64,000 nucleotides of DNA from Escherichia phage DCP80, in the sequence record PQ671644.1. One strand, written 5' to 3'. A model generated the notes under the pieces. It had not been told where the DNA came from and did not search any database. It saw only the letters and a list, made by a program, of their open reading frames with translations. The translations under genes were made by a program, and so were the position numbers. Position 1 is the first letter of the stretch. Each line of letters opens with the position of its first letter. This document shows, piece by piece, positions 8,274 through 18,061 of this stretch.

Positions 8274-11200
8274 TTAATTTAATTTAGCTTCAAGTTCTCT
8301 AACTTTAGCCGACAGGGTTTTAACTGCTTCAATTAACAGAGCAACTTGTGCCTGAGTCGAAACTGTCAGAACCATATTTTCCTGCGAATCTAAAGACTCA
8401 TGCACCGCTTCAGGTAATACTTCTTTAAGATTCTGAGCAATAACACCTGCTTCAGTTTGAACCGCTTCACCACCGATATATTCAGCTTTATCATAGATTA
8501 AACCGTCGAGCTGTTCAACCTTTTCAAGAGCATTTTCAATAGGCCTGAAGTTTGATTTCAAACGAATGTCAGAACGAATATAAACGTTTGGAGCATTTAT
8601 ATTTTTATATGAGTACAAATCACCGTTTTGGAAACGGAAAGTCTGTACGCCATTCGCATATATGTCTAATAATCCATCGCCATTTTGCTTAATACCGGTA
8701 TCACTATCGCCAATTGTTATACTACTTCCACCGAGTGAGTTAGTTGTATTAACACCAAAGGCACTTGTTTGTGGCATCTGTACTTTACCCGGGCAATCTA
8801 AAATGCCATCCATTGTAAATCGCCATCTTGCTTGTTGGCCGTTAGCGTTATCTCCGCGAATACGAATAATACCTTCTCGCCAACCAGCTGTGGTACCAGA
8901 GCCGACCCATCCAAATTCAAAGGTTTGACGATATCCAGAGGAACCATAGTTGCTGTATGCACCTACAATAGGATAATAACTACCTGAATTAGATAAATCA
9001 CCATGGTCTGCCATAAAGGTGATTTTAGATTTCATTGTATCTGAGGTATCTCCCCAACCAGAGGCACCGCGCCAACCTGCAACCACACGAGACGAGATAT
9101 TGCCTAAACTAGTATTACCACTGGTGACATTAAGGCCGCCCGCCACGTTCAGACCACCACCAGTAATATTCAGACCACTGCCCATGCCTACACGACCATC
9201 AGCCATGTTGATAGAGAAAGGTCTTAAGCCATTCCACAACCCGTCAGTTGCATTCGGGTTTTCTTCCGTGTTTTTATCCGTAACTAAAATATGAAAATTT
9301 TCACCGTCGTTTCTAATCAAAGCGGCATTAGAACCTATATCATTACCGCTGGATTTGATACGCATACCTTTTTGGTTATTGGTAACGTATTCACCACGTG
9401 TAACAATATCCGATTCGCCGGCAGCAAACATTCCGTCAATGTTGTTCAGCATTCTTACAGATTTACCTACAACATGACCTTCAGGTAATGTTTCTACCAA
9501 AGGCTGGACACCGCTATTAATACCCACTACGGTTACTTTACTATTGCTACTGCATGTATATTCTACCGCCAAAGAATTAGAATACCCACCTAAGTAAACG
9601 TAAATATCATAGGTATCTTCGCTTGTATTAACAGAAGCAATCTGAGAAATAGCTTCAGAAGTTCTATTCCACAGCGTAGCATTAAGGCCTTTAGGGTTAT
9701 TATTGCCGGTTCTAAGGACTATTTCGGCTATTGAAGCCTGACCATAACTTTTAAAATTAAATCCAGAACCACCTGATATTTTAAAGGATGCTGTACCCGT
9801 CGCTTGTGGAATTTCTACAGTAGCAAATTTATACCAACCTGTAGTAGCGCCGCCAGCCCAACCGCCTGTGTTAACTTTACGGTCTAACGTTGTGTTCAGG
9901 TTTTTAAAGTTATCTAATGCAGTGCTGCCTGTAATATTACCGTCAGGACCAATACGAACATCGGAACCAATTTTAAGTGCCTTGGTTATATCAACAGTAT
10001 CAGAGTTTAATGCAATACCATGGGAGTATGTATAGTTATGTAAACGAACAACGTTGCCGCCGTCGCCAATACCGAGATACCATTTTGTAACATCTGCTTT
10101 ACGTCCTTGGATAAAGTTGGATGATGCCTGGGATGAAGCATTTACCACAATGGCATCAGAATCCATATTAACACGCAGTCTACAGTCGGTCTGGACAAAT
10201 TTACTTACGTTGTCTACTGTAAAAAGTGGACCATACCCGGCACTTTTATTCCCCATTATAACCGTGCCGGTGGCTAAATTGATAGATAGCGGACGAAGGT
10301 CACTTATTCCACCATTTTCTCCAGCGTTCTGAAGAGTAGGAATAAGATGGAATGAAGCAGAAGAACCTGTTTCTGAACGACGGAAAATCATACCATATTC
10401 GGCATTCCAAATTCTTAATGCATCAGCGGTACCGCCTATTTTAACTTGACCGTTAAAAGTGGCGCCACCATTTATATTCAATCCGTTTGCTGAAGTGATA
10501 CTACCTTCCGATGAAATACTACCAGCAGTAGTCAATCCACCATTTACACGGAATTGAATAGAACCTACGGTTTGGGAACTTGTGGGAGCAACGCGTTGTG
10601 AATAAAAATGCCAACCCTGTCCATCGCCTAATTCAAATACAGTTTCTCTGCTTTTATTAGTGTCATCCTCAAATGCGTTACCCCATACTTTCATGGTCAC
10701 ATAGCTTTTGTTCTGACCCGGGCGGGTGCCTGCGTTCCAAACAATCGTTTTTGTGCCATTGATAGTGGAAGAAGCGCCGAACTTTATACCTTTATTGTTG
10801 TTGTTAGTATTAAAAAATAATTCGTTATCTAATTTAACTGGTTGGGTCGAGGAAACTGTGCCATCGGCTCTAAGATTCAGTTCATTAACCCCGGTTTTAA
10901 TATTCAAAATACCTGGTTCAATAATCATGCCTTCTGCCATAGAAATGGCTACACGACCTGTACCACGGAAATAATGATAAAGTTTACCATTAGAATTATA
11001 ACCTAAATGGGTTTGGCCATCCCCAGAGTTATTACCGTCTATTTCGGTTCTAATAGAAACCATAGAAGAGTTCTGGCCAGGCAGAAGCCAAGTAAGACCT
11101 TGGTCATTACTACGGCCAAATATGGTTTTACTAGTCCCACGGAAGCCGTCGGAAGTAATAGATGCAACGGAATAACCTCCACCAACTAAATCATAAACAC

Positions 11201-12027
11201 CTTGCTTAATATATTTCAGACCGGTTACAGTGTCACCGAGAACAAGATACTTATCGCCCATTACACCGACGTTACCATAATCACTAGACGGGAAACCCGT
11301 AGTGAATGTACCTAATGCAAGGCTATTACGGCCTGCCATTCGTCCGTCATTACGAATGCCATATTGTTTAGATGATGGAGTATTACCTGTCCACCATGAC
11401 ATTTCATCAGCTTGACCTGTCTGGGCGGTGCAAAGCTCATGCCACATAGTGCCACCAGACTTGGCGCGAACTTTACGAAGATAGTTTACACCATTCGTTT
11501 CGCCTGTGCCTGGGTATACATAATTAACTAATGAATCTGTATCATATACACCAAAGGCTTTGCCACCGTGGATAACTGTATCGACTGCAATGCGTTTAGT
11601 TACTAATGAATCTGATGCTAAAATACGGTTGGCCTGAAATTCACCACCATTTATAGAACGGAAATAGAATTCACTATTAGCAGTACCTTCTGTCCCCTGT
11701 TTAATCCTAATGCGTAATTCACCAGCATTTGTAGTTTGAGGACGTGCATATATAACACCGCGTTCACTGCCATCAGCATTTTCAAACCATAAATGGGCAT
11801 TTGATGTTGTATCGTTTGAAGCTCTTGAATAAAACGAGCCTTGCAACGCTCTAAAAGTTTGAGCCGAAATACTAGTGCCTGCTGTAATCGACCCGCTTGT
11901 AGAAAAGTTTCCAAAATTGTTTAATGGGCCGTTAATGCGTAAAGTTCCATTAATAGTTACATCCCCGTCAACCTGCCCACCTTTAGCAAAGCCCAAATCA
12001 ATAATCTGTCCCTGGTCTGACTTAGTN
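8274..12027 (-). CDS. 37: Long tail fibre distal subunit gp37, T2-type with C-terminal chaperone-like domain; N-terminus lost at N-run
   Basis: More than 1250 aa; N-terminal half near-identical to T4 gp37; C-terminus carries SDIRLKSNF motif and coiled-coil tail instead of the T4 His-box tip. Confidence 0.9.
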
Positions 12028-12062
12028 NNNNNNNNNNNNNNNNNNNNNNNNNNNNNNNNNNN

Positions 12063-12246
12063 GCGGAAAGGGGGTGTTATGAAAACATTCAAAGATTTTA
12101 TCAACGAAGATATGGTTGCAGGTGATGCAGGTGGAAACCCAACTAATATCACAACAGGTACCACTTCCGGGGCAGTTGTCAATAAAGGCCCTGAACAAAT
12201 CCCATCAAAAAAGCGTAAGAACAAAGACGATAAACCTACAGTATAA
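12063..12246 (+). CDS. 3' end of an ORF emerging from the N-run (possibly gene 41 C-terminus by synteny)
   Basis: Open frame from the gap ending ...PSKKRKNKDDKPTV; immediately upstream of gene 61. Confidence 0.3.
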
Positions 12247-12278
12247 TGGTCCTTCGGGGCCATTGAAATGAGGAAACT

Positions 12279-13307
12279 ATGTCATATATTGATAAAGAAT
12301 TTGCAGTCAGAGCTTTATCGTATCAACCACGTTATAGAGAAGTCACCGGGAGCACATTTAAAGCAAACTGCAGATGTAAAGTTTGTGGCGACTCCCAGAA
12401 AGATTCACATAAAGCCAGATTCTGGGCGTATACTAATCCGGCTGATGGCGCGGTTTACGTGAAATGTTTTAACTGTGACTACTCCACGCATATAAGCAAA
12501 TACATAAAAGAGTTTGAGCCGGATTTGCACCGGGAATATATGGTTGAGAAGTACAAGGAGAACGCCTTCGGGCGACAACGCACTGAAGTTGTCGAAACTC
12601 CGAAAGAACCAGAAAAAACTCCGGTTATCGAACAGCTTGCTTTTTGTGAAAGACTCGATACTTTACCAGAAGCACATCCGATAGTTAAGTATGTAAAAAG
12701 TCGATGTATTCCAAGCAATGTTTGGAACCGGTTATGGTTTACAAACCAATGGCCCGCATTAGTTAACTCCGTCAATCCTGGGACGTATAAGAATGAAACG
12801 AATGAACCACGCTTGGTTATTCCTATCTTCAACGGCAAAAAAGAAATCGAATCTTTCCAAGGACGAGCTCTTCGCAAAGATGCACCACAAAAATATATCA
12901 CAATCAAAGCTCACCCAGAAGCTTCCAAAGTCTATGGCGTAGACAAGATTGATGAGCGTAAACGCGTATGGGTAATGGAAGGTCCAATTGATAGTTTGTT
13001 TATCCCTAACAGCATTGCGATAACTGGTGGCACATTGTCATTGGAAGCAGTTCCTTATGCTGAAACCAGAGTATGGGTAATGGACAACGAGCCAAGACAT
13101 CCGGATACGATTAAACGTATGAAGAAGCTCGTTGAAGCTGGCGAAGCTGTTATGTTCTGGGACAATGCACCATGGCATACGAAAGACATAAATGAGATGG
13201 TTAAATCAGAAGGGGCAACCCCTGAACAAATCGAATCATATATGGCCGATAACGTTGCTCAAGGATTGATGGCGAGAATGCGACTTTCGAAGTACGCAAA
13301 AGTTTAG
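12279..13307 (+). CDS. 61: DNA primase gp61
   Basis: 342 aa; zinc ribbon CRCKVCGDS...CFNC and toprim region near-identical to T4 gp61. Confidence 0.92.
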   Translation: MSYIDKEFAVRALSYQPRYREVTGSTFKANCRCKVCGDSQKDSHKARFWAYTNPADGAVYVKCFNCDYSTHISKYIKEFEPDLHREYMVEKYKENAFGRQRTEVVETPKEPEKTPVIEQLAFCERLDTLPEAHPIVKYVKSRCIPSNVWNRLWFTNQWPALVNSVNPGTYKNETNEPRLVIPIFNGKKEIESFQGRALRKDAPQKYITIKAHPEASKVYGVDKIDERKRVWVMEGPIDSLFIPNSIAITGGTLSLEAVPYAETRVWVMDNEPRHPDTIKRMKKLVEAGEAVMFWDNAPWHTKDINEMVKSEGATPEQIESYMADNVAQGLMARMRLSKYAKV

Positions 13308-13363
13308 GAAGGGATTCCGGTAAAGTAACCGATGATGGAATGAATATGTTCTATTGTGACCTG

Positions 13364-13385
13364 GGGTAAGTGCACCCCTTGTGTT
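13364..13385 (+). terminator. Stem-loop terminator candidate downstream of gene 61
   Basis: GGGGT-AAGTGC-ACCCC hairpin followed by TTGTGTTG. Confidence 0.4.
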
Positions 13386-13415
13386 GCAGCGATAGGCACA
13401 ACCAGTAAGTTCCAC

Positions 13416-13613
13416 CTATATAAGGCCGATTAATGCTAGTGAAACATCTACAACTGATTCGAGCGCGACGACTGGCAATATAACACCATGTGCCAATGCA
13501 ATAGGGGCAACAATGAAATTCCAGAGTAGAACAAAACAGAGTATCGAAAGGACCAGAATCGTTCGCTTACGACTGCCTTTGATGGCTTGAATTAGACTAG
13601 ATAGTTTGAGCAT
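13416..13613 (-). CDS. Small hydrophobic membrane protein, opposite strand
   Basis: 65 aa, two predicted TM segments, AAAGGAGGA RBS; conserved in the second copy of this block. Confidence 0.45.
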   Translation of the reverse strand: MLKLSSLIQAIKGSRKRTILVLSILCFVLLWNFIVAPIALAHGVILPVVALESVVDVSLALIGLI

Positions 13614-13697
13614 ACATCCTCCTTTCTTGTATTTATGCTTTAAACCAATATGATATAATTAACATACAAACAATATGAATTGATAAGGAAAAATATA

Positions 13698-14216
13698 ATG
13701 GCTCATTTTAACGAGTGTTCTCAACTGATTGCTGGTGTTGATAAAGCGCAAGATGCGTATAATGATGTCCTAAAAGGCAATGATGACCCTCTGCAGATTA
13801 TGCTTGATATGCAGAAATCTTTGCAGGTTCGTCTGGCTACAGAAAAACCAGAATATAACGCACATCCAGATGAATTGGCAACCGCAGGCGATGTTGTTGC
13901 ATGGCTTCGTAACCAGAAAGATTATGTCGACGACGAATTCCGTGAACTTCTGACTTCGCTCGGTGGCATGTCTAATGGTGAGAAAGCCGCATCCAGTTGC
14001 TGGAAGCCGTGGAAAGCGCAACATGCTGAATATCGTAATCGTCGTATTGATGAACTGTCTCCTGAAGACCAGCTCGAAATTAAATTCGAAATGATTGATA
14101 TTCTGCACTTCGTTCTGAATATGTTTCAAGGTCTGGGTCTTTCTGCTGAAGAAATCTTTAAACTGTATTACTTGAAAAATGCCGAGAACTTTGCTCGCCA
14201 AGACCGAGGTTATTAA
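13698..14216 (+). CDS. 56: dCTP pyrophosphatase gp56
   Basis: MAHFNECSQLIAGVDKAQ...EEIFKLYYLKNAENFARQDRGY, near-identical to T4 gp56; ORF-track start 13680 is an upstream TTG. Confidence 0.9.
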   Translation: MAHFNECSQLIAGVDKAQDAYNDVLKGNDDPLQIMLDMQKSLQVRLATEKPEYNAHPDELATAGDVVAWLRNQKDYVDDEFRELLTSLGGMSNGEKAASSCWKPWKAQHAEYRNRRIDELSPEDQLEIKFEMIDILHFVLNMFQGLGLSAEEIFKLYYLKNAENFARQDRGY

Positions 14217-14497
14217 TGGCTCGTTTAAATAAACGTCAACTTAAGAAAGCTCGTAAGAAGCATATTAATGCTATAATTGAAAACGCTAATGTTGAAATCT
14301 TTGTAGAACTCTTAGCCAATCAACTAAAAAATTTATCTAAACAAGAAATTGATATGAATACTGAAAATGCTAAAAATGTAATCGAAACTCATAATGTTTT
14401 TGCTCAAGCTACAGCCGAATACATTGCCAATCCTACTGCTGAAAATCTAGCTAAAATGACTGAAGCCAATAAAGCAGTCCAAGCCGCCAAATTGTAA
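14216..14497 (+). CDS. Hypothetical protein
   Basis: 93-aa ORF coupled to gene 56 stop (ATGA overlap), Lys-rich N-terminus. Confidence 0.5.
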   Translation: MARLNKRQLKKARKKHINAIIENANVEIFVELLANQLKNLSKQEIDMNTENAKNVIETHNVFAQATAEYIANPTAENLAKMTEANKAVQAAKL

Positions 14498-14499
14498 GT

Positions 14500-14507
14500 T
14501 ATAAATA
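14500..14507 (+). promoter_or_regulatory. T4 late promoter box TATAAATA upstream of soc
   Basis: Exact TATAAATA about 30 nt upstream of soc start. Confidence 0.6.
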
Positions 14508-14538
14508 CACCTGTAATTAAACAACAAAGGAGTTTATT

Positions 14539-14772
14539 ATGGGTGGTTTCGTTAATATCAAAACCTTCACGCATCCAGCTGGTGAAGGTAAAGAAGTTAA
14601 AGGCGTTGAAGTATCAGTTCCGTTTGAAATCTATTCGAACGAGCACCGTATTGCTGATGCGCACTATCAGACTTTCCCTTCGGCCGTTGCAGCATATACT
14701 ACTGTAGTGACTGATGCAGCCGATTGGCGAACTAAGAACGCGGCAATGTTTACGCCTACCCCAGTAGTTTAA
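14539..14772 (+). CDS. soc: Small outer capsid protein Soc
   Basis: 77 aa; GFVNIKTF...AHYQTFPS... resembles T4 Soc; late promoter upstream. Confidence 0.8.
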   Translation: MGGFVNIKTFTHPAGEGKEVKGVEVSVPFEIYSNEHRIADAHYQTFPSAVAAYTTVVTDAADWRTKNAAMFTPTPVV

Positions 14773-14777
14773 TTATA

Positions 14778-14802
14778 GGGAACCTTCGGGTTCCCTTTTT
14801 TG
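14778..14802 (+). terminator. Rho-independent terminator
   Basis: GGGAACC-TTCG-GGTTCCC hairpin followed by TTTTTTG. Confidence 0.7.
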
Positions 14803-14849
14803 CTTTTAATAGAGATGGTATAATTATTTCAACTACAGAGGAGAATACT

Positions 14850-15047
14850 ATGTTAAACCGTTGGATTAAACCAAATAAAACTTTAGATGAAGTTATTGCC
14901 CATGATGTGCATTTTAAGTATGGTCTGGGTGTGTTTGACGAGGTTGTCGTGCACTCGTTCATGATGCACGATGATGATTCTTTAGAATTCAATATTGAAA
15001 TCCGTTATGATGATGGTCAAGTTGAATTTAAACGAGGTTTCCTATGA
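14850..15047 (+). CDS. Hypothetical protein
   Basis: 65-aa ORF with GAGGAGAA RBS. Confidence 0.5.
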   Translation: MLNRWIKPNKTLDEVIAHDVHFKYGLGVFDEVVVHSFMMHDDDSLEFNIEIRYDDGQVEFKRGFL

Positions 15048-15403
15048 TTAGTTGGCTCAAGAATTTATTCAAGACTAAACCTGGTGAAGGGGTGGTTCCT
15101 GTTAGCCTGCCAGATGTTAAACTAAGAGAATATGTTTACATGGGCGATGGTATGATGGAAGAAGTTCGTCGCCGCCCAGAAAAAGCCGGTAATGTCGGAC
15201 CAGGCGCATTGCCATTGAATTCGAAAAAGTTAAAAGAGCATCTGGATTCAAGACGTTCTACAAGCCATGTCGATACTACACCGCATATTGATATGACTCC
15301 GATTGTGGTTACTGCGGCCGCTGTCAGTTCGTGGACTGGTGATTCGTCTTATTCCTCCTATGATTCAGGAAGCTGCGATTCATCTTCCAGCTCGTGTGAT
15401 TAA
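15044..15403 (+). CDS. Hypothetical protein with Ser/Cys-rich C-terminus
   Basis: 119-aa ORF, start overlaps upstream stop; C-terminus SYDSGSCDSSSSSCD. Confidence 0.5.
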   Translation: MISWLKNLFKTKPGEGVVPVSLPDVKLREYVYMGDGMMEEVRRRPEKAGNVGPGALPLNSKKLKEHLDSRRSTSHVDTTPHIDMTPIVVTAAAVSSWTGDSSYSSYDSGSCDSSSSSCD

Positions 15404-15598
15404 ATGAGAATTACAAGTTGGCTTAAAGATTGGTTGGTTACCCCGGGGATTGATGATTCCTGGGTGGCCAGAGCCGAGGAAGAAATGCAGCGCGAAGCTG
15501 AAGAATGGGCCGCCGCAAGCGTCAAAGATATGCAGGAAAAGAAGACCGAACGAGCTGTGCTTAAACTGATGCGTGATATCTACGGAGATAAATCATGA
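15404..15598 (+). CDS. Hypothetical protein
   Basis: 64-aa ORF, identical protein in second copy at 44193-44387. Confidence 0.5.
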   Translation: MRITSWLKDWLVTPGIDDSWVARAEEEMQREAEEWAAASVKDMQEKKTERAVLKLMRDIYGDKS

Positions 15599-15744
15599 CA
15601 CAAGAAGAAGCTGAACGTCAGGCAAAAGAAGCACTGGATTTGCTTTTGAAAATTGGCAGTAAAATGATGGAAGAAAATGAAAAGTACATCAAGGAAAATA
15701 AAGTTCCTGATGGTCCATTAGTTGGTAAGAGGAAAACATTATGA
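15595..15744 (+). CDS. Hypothetical small protein
   Basis: 49-aa ORF with ATGA overlaps at both ends. Confidence 0.35.
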   Translation: MTQEEAERQAKEALDLLLKIGSKMMEENEKYIKENKVPDGPLVGKRKTL

Positions 15745-16229
15745 AAGTATATGAATTAGAATTCTATGTCCGTGATTCTGCTGGGCAAACACGACCTTAC
15801 GATGCAACAGCCTGTCTTATCTTTGCATATAATGGCATGGATTCGGTTACTGAGTTGGAAACAAAATTAATGAACCTGACGATGCCAGAAAATGTCATGA
15901 TGAAGGTATTTCATAACAAAAACGTTAATGTGGCTGAAGGGTGTCCGTTTACTGTTTCCGAAGCTCTACACATTAAAGGCTATCGTCACCCGGACCCTTA
16001 TGCAGAAGGTACTGCGGATATCTTCTATAAAGATACCGATAGAATTTCAGAAGAACGCCTTAAAGGTCGCACATATCTGATTTCCACTACCGACGACCTT
16101 GCTGAAGTTGAACGTCAGATTTGGAAGCACTTTGATATCGGTCTGCGCTTTACTTTAACAGAAGAAGCTATTCAAGATACTAAAATGCGTGCTCGTATGT
16201 ATGGTTACGGTCCGATTGGTGGTTACTAA
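15741..16229 (+). CDS. Hypothetical protein
   Basis: 162-aa ORF, RBS AGGAAAA. Confidence 0.55.
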   Translation: MKVYELEFYVRDSAGQTRPYDATACLIFAYNGMDSVTELETKLMNLTMPENVMMKVFHNKNVNVAEGCPFTVSEALHIKGYRHPDPYAEGTADIFYKDTDRISEERLKGRTYLISTTDDLAEVERQIWKHFDIGLRFTLTEEAIQDTKMRARMYGYGPIGGY

Positions 16230-16405
16230 TGGATTTATTTGAACTTTTTGAAGAGCCTAAAGCTCCCACAGAAGCCCGTGTGGACCTAGTTGACGAACTT
16301 GATGCGATTATACAGAAGCACGGTTTTAGTCTCCCATTGGAAGTTCTGCGCGACCTGGCCTCATATTACGACGACCCACCTCCATGGGCACCATGGAAAC
16401 AGTAG
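16229..16405 (+). CDS. Hypothetical small acidic protein
   Basis: 58-aa ORF overlapping upstream stop. Confidence 0.4.
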   Translation: MDLFELFEEPKAPTEARVDLVDELDAIIQKHGFSLPLEVLRDLASYYDDPPPWAPWKQ

Positions 16406-16562
16406 TTTACTTACTCCCCTCCTAATGACATAATGACCTTTCTTACAACAGAGAGGTCATTATGAACATCATCAAATCTGATACCGAACCCAACCAGTTA
16501 AAATTTAGTGAAATGGAGATAGCTTCANNNNNNNNNNNNNNNNNNNNNNNNNNNNNNNNNNN

Positions 16563-16778
16563 ACTGAAGGCACAAGCCCCGGTGGCCAAGGTTCAAGTCA
16601 ATCAGCAGGCCCTTCTAATGGTTCTGCACATGCATCACATTCTCAAGGTATAGAGAATATTAAATCCAGCTATGTAAATACCACTCACGGTAAAGCACAG
16701 GAAGCATGGGCGAAAGGTAGAGTAGTTACTGATTCTGTTTTCTGTCATATGCCAAAATATGTTGGTTGTAAGAAATAA
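16563..16778 (+). CDS. C-terminal fragment of unknown Gly/Ser-rich protein (5' end in N-run)
   Basis: Open frame from gap to TAA at 16776-16778. Confidence 0.35.
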   Translation, partial: TEGTSPGGQGSSQSAGPSNGSAHASHSQGIENIKSSYVNTTHGKAQEAWAKGRVVTDSVFCHMPKYVGCKK

Positions 16779-16782
16779 TCTA

Positions 16783-16806
16783 AGGACCCTTCGGGGTCCT
16801 TTTTTA
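16783..16806 (+). terminator. Rho-independent terminator
   Basis: AGGACCC-TTCG-GGGTCCT hairpin followed by TTTTTT. Confidence 0.7.
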
Positions 16807-16810
16807 TTTT

Positions 16811-16870
16811 AAAAAGTAGTGTACAACCAGATGGTCATAAGACATAATGATTCCATACTGAGTTACCAAA
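16811..16870 (+). promoter_or_regulatory. Early promoter cassette, family A
   Basis: -35-like GTGTAC 16819-16824, 18-nt spacer, -10 CATAAT 16843-16848, conserved ATTCCATACTGAGTTAC leader. Confidence 0.6.
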
Positions 16871-16889
16871 TAAACAAACGGAGAATAAA

Positions 16890-17096
16890 ATGTTAGAATT
16901 AATCAAAGCTGCTGGTGAAAAAGGTCTGATGGTTAACACTCGTGACCCTGAGCAACGTCAAGCATTTGGTGAGTTAAAAGCCAAAGGTCTGGTTAAAGCA
17001 TCCCTTGGTATTGGTAATGCTTTGCGTGTGACTTTGACCCCTGCAGGTAAAGCAATGTTCTTCCCTAAACCATTACCAAAACGTCGTCGCAAGTGA
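16890..17096 (+). CDS. Hypothetical protein
   Basis: 68-aa ORF behind promoter cassette, RBS GGAGAA. Confidence 0.55.
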   Translation: MLELIKAAGEKGLMVNTRDPEQRQAFGELKAKGLVKASLGIGNALRVTLTPAGKAMFFPKPLPKRRRK

Positions 17097-17102
17097 GGAA
17101 TT

Positions 17103-17405
17103 ATGAAGAAGTATGAACTTGACATGATTGAGGCATGTCTGAAATCTGCTGACCATTTTAAGTTGAAAATGCACAAGTTAAGAGGAATGGTCAAAACTCC
17201 AGAAGAGAAGAAGCGATATGCTCTTAAGGAGAAATGTAAAGCTCTTATCATGATGGATAAGCTGCAAATGGTCGCCGCAGAAGCTCACAGGACACGTAAA
17301 GCCGAGGCCCTTGGTGTTTATATGGCAGAGCAGCTTCATCGTGCACAGCAAGCCGTTAAGAGCGTCTGGTTCAGCGGTGAAAATACTGAAAGAACTTTTA
17401 ATTAA
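17103..17405 (+). CDS. Hypothetical protein
   Basis: 100-aa ORF, RBS GAGGAA. Confidence 0.55.
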   Translation: MKKYELDMIEACLKSADHFKLKMHKLRGMVKTPEEKKRYALKEKCKALIMMDKLQMVAAEAHRTRKAEALGVYMAEQLHRAQQAVKSVWFSGENTERTFN

Positions 17406-17460
17406 ATGTGTACATAGTATGGGGATAGACGTATAATGTTCCCATACTGAGTTACCAAAT
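17405..17460 (+). promoter_or_regulatory. Early promoter cassette, family A
   Basis: GTGTAC 17408-17413, 18-nt spacer, TATAAT 17432-17437, CCATACTGAGTTAC leader. Confidence 0.6.
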
Positions 17461-17473
17461 ACTGGAGAATAAA

Positions 17474-17998
17474 ATGGACGCAAAATCAATCTTTAATCTG
17501 ATTAATTACAATAATGGTAATTTTAAATCAGAAGCGCAAAGCAAGTTCTTTAATGATGTTGCTTGTGCAGGTGAGATTACAGTATCAGGTGGTCAGACTT
17601 ATAAAAACGCCTGGAACTGGATTGTGACTGTTGATTCAGTTGGTATTGTTGATGTGTATAAAAACACCAACAAAAACCGCTCTTTGTTCTGGTCAAGAGA
17701 GACTAATGCAGAATATCAAGCGACAAGAGCGAAGAAAAATATGCCTACTGAATCTGATGTACAAAACATCAAATCAGATATCCAATATTATGATGGTCTG
17801 ATTGCTGAACAACAAGCGGTGCTTGATAAGTTCAATGAAATCAAGGCGTGTAAAGAGATTCCTGAATTCATGAGGGAATCAGTTAATGAACAATACAATC
17901 TCACTTCAGAGCGTATTGAAACCTATACCAAACAAAGAGCAGAGCGCCAGGTACTCCTTCAGAAGTTTGAAGAGCGTTTAAAGACGGTTCTCGCATAA
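17474..17998 (+). CDS. Hypothetical protein
   Basis: 174-aa ORF. Confidence 0.6.
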   Translation: MDAKSIFNLINYNNGNFKSEAQSKFFNDVACAGEITVSGGQTYKNAWNWIVTVDSVGIVDVYKNTNKNRSLFWSRETNAEYQATRAKKNMPTESDVQNIKSDIQYYDGLIAEQQAVLDKFNEIKACKEIPEFMRESVNEQYNLTSERIETYTKQRAERQVLLQKFEERLKTVLA

Positions 17999-18061
17999 AC
18001 GCTTTATACCAAGGATGGTATAATGGTTCTGACCTTTGATTAATCTATTGAGGAAATTATT

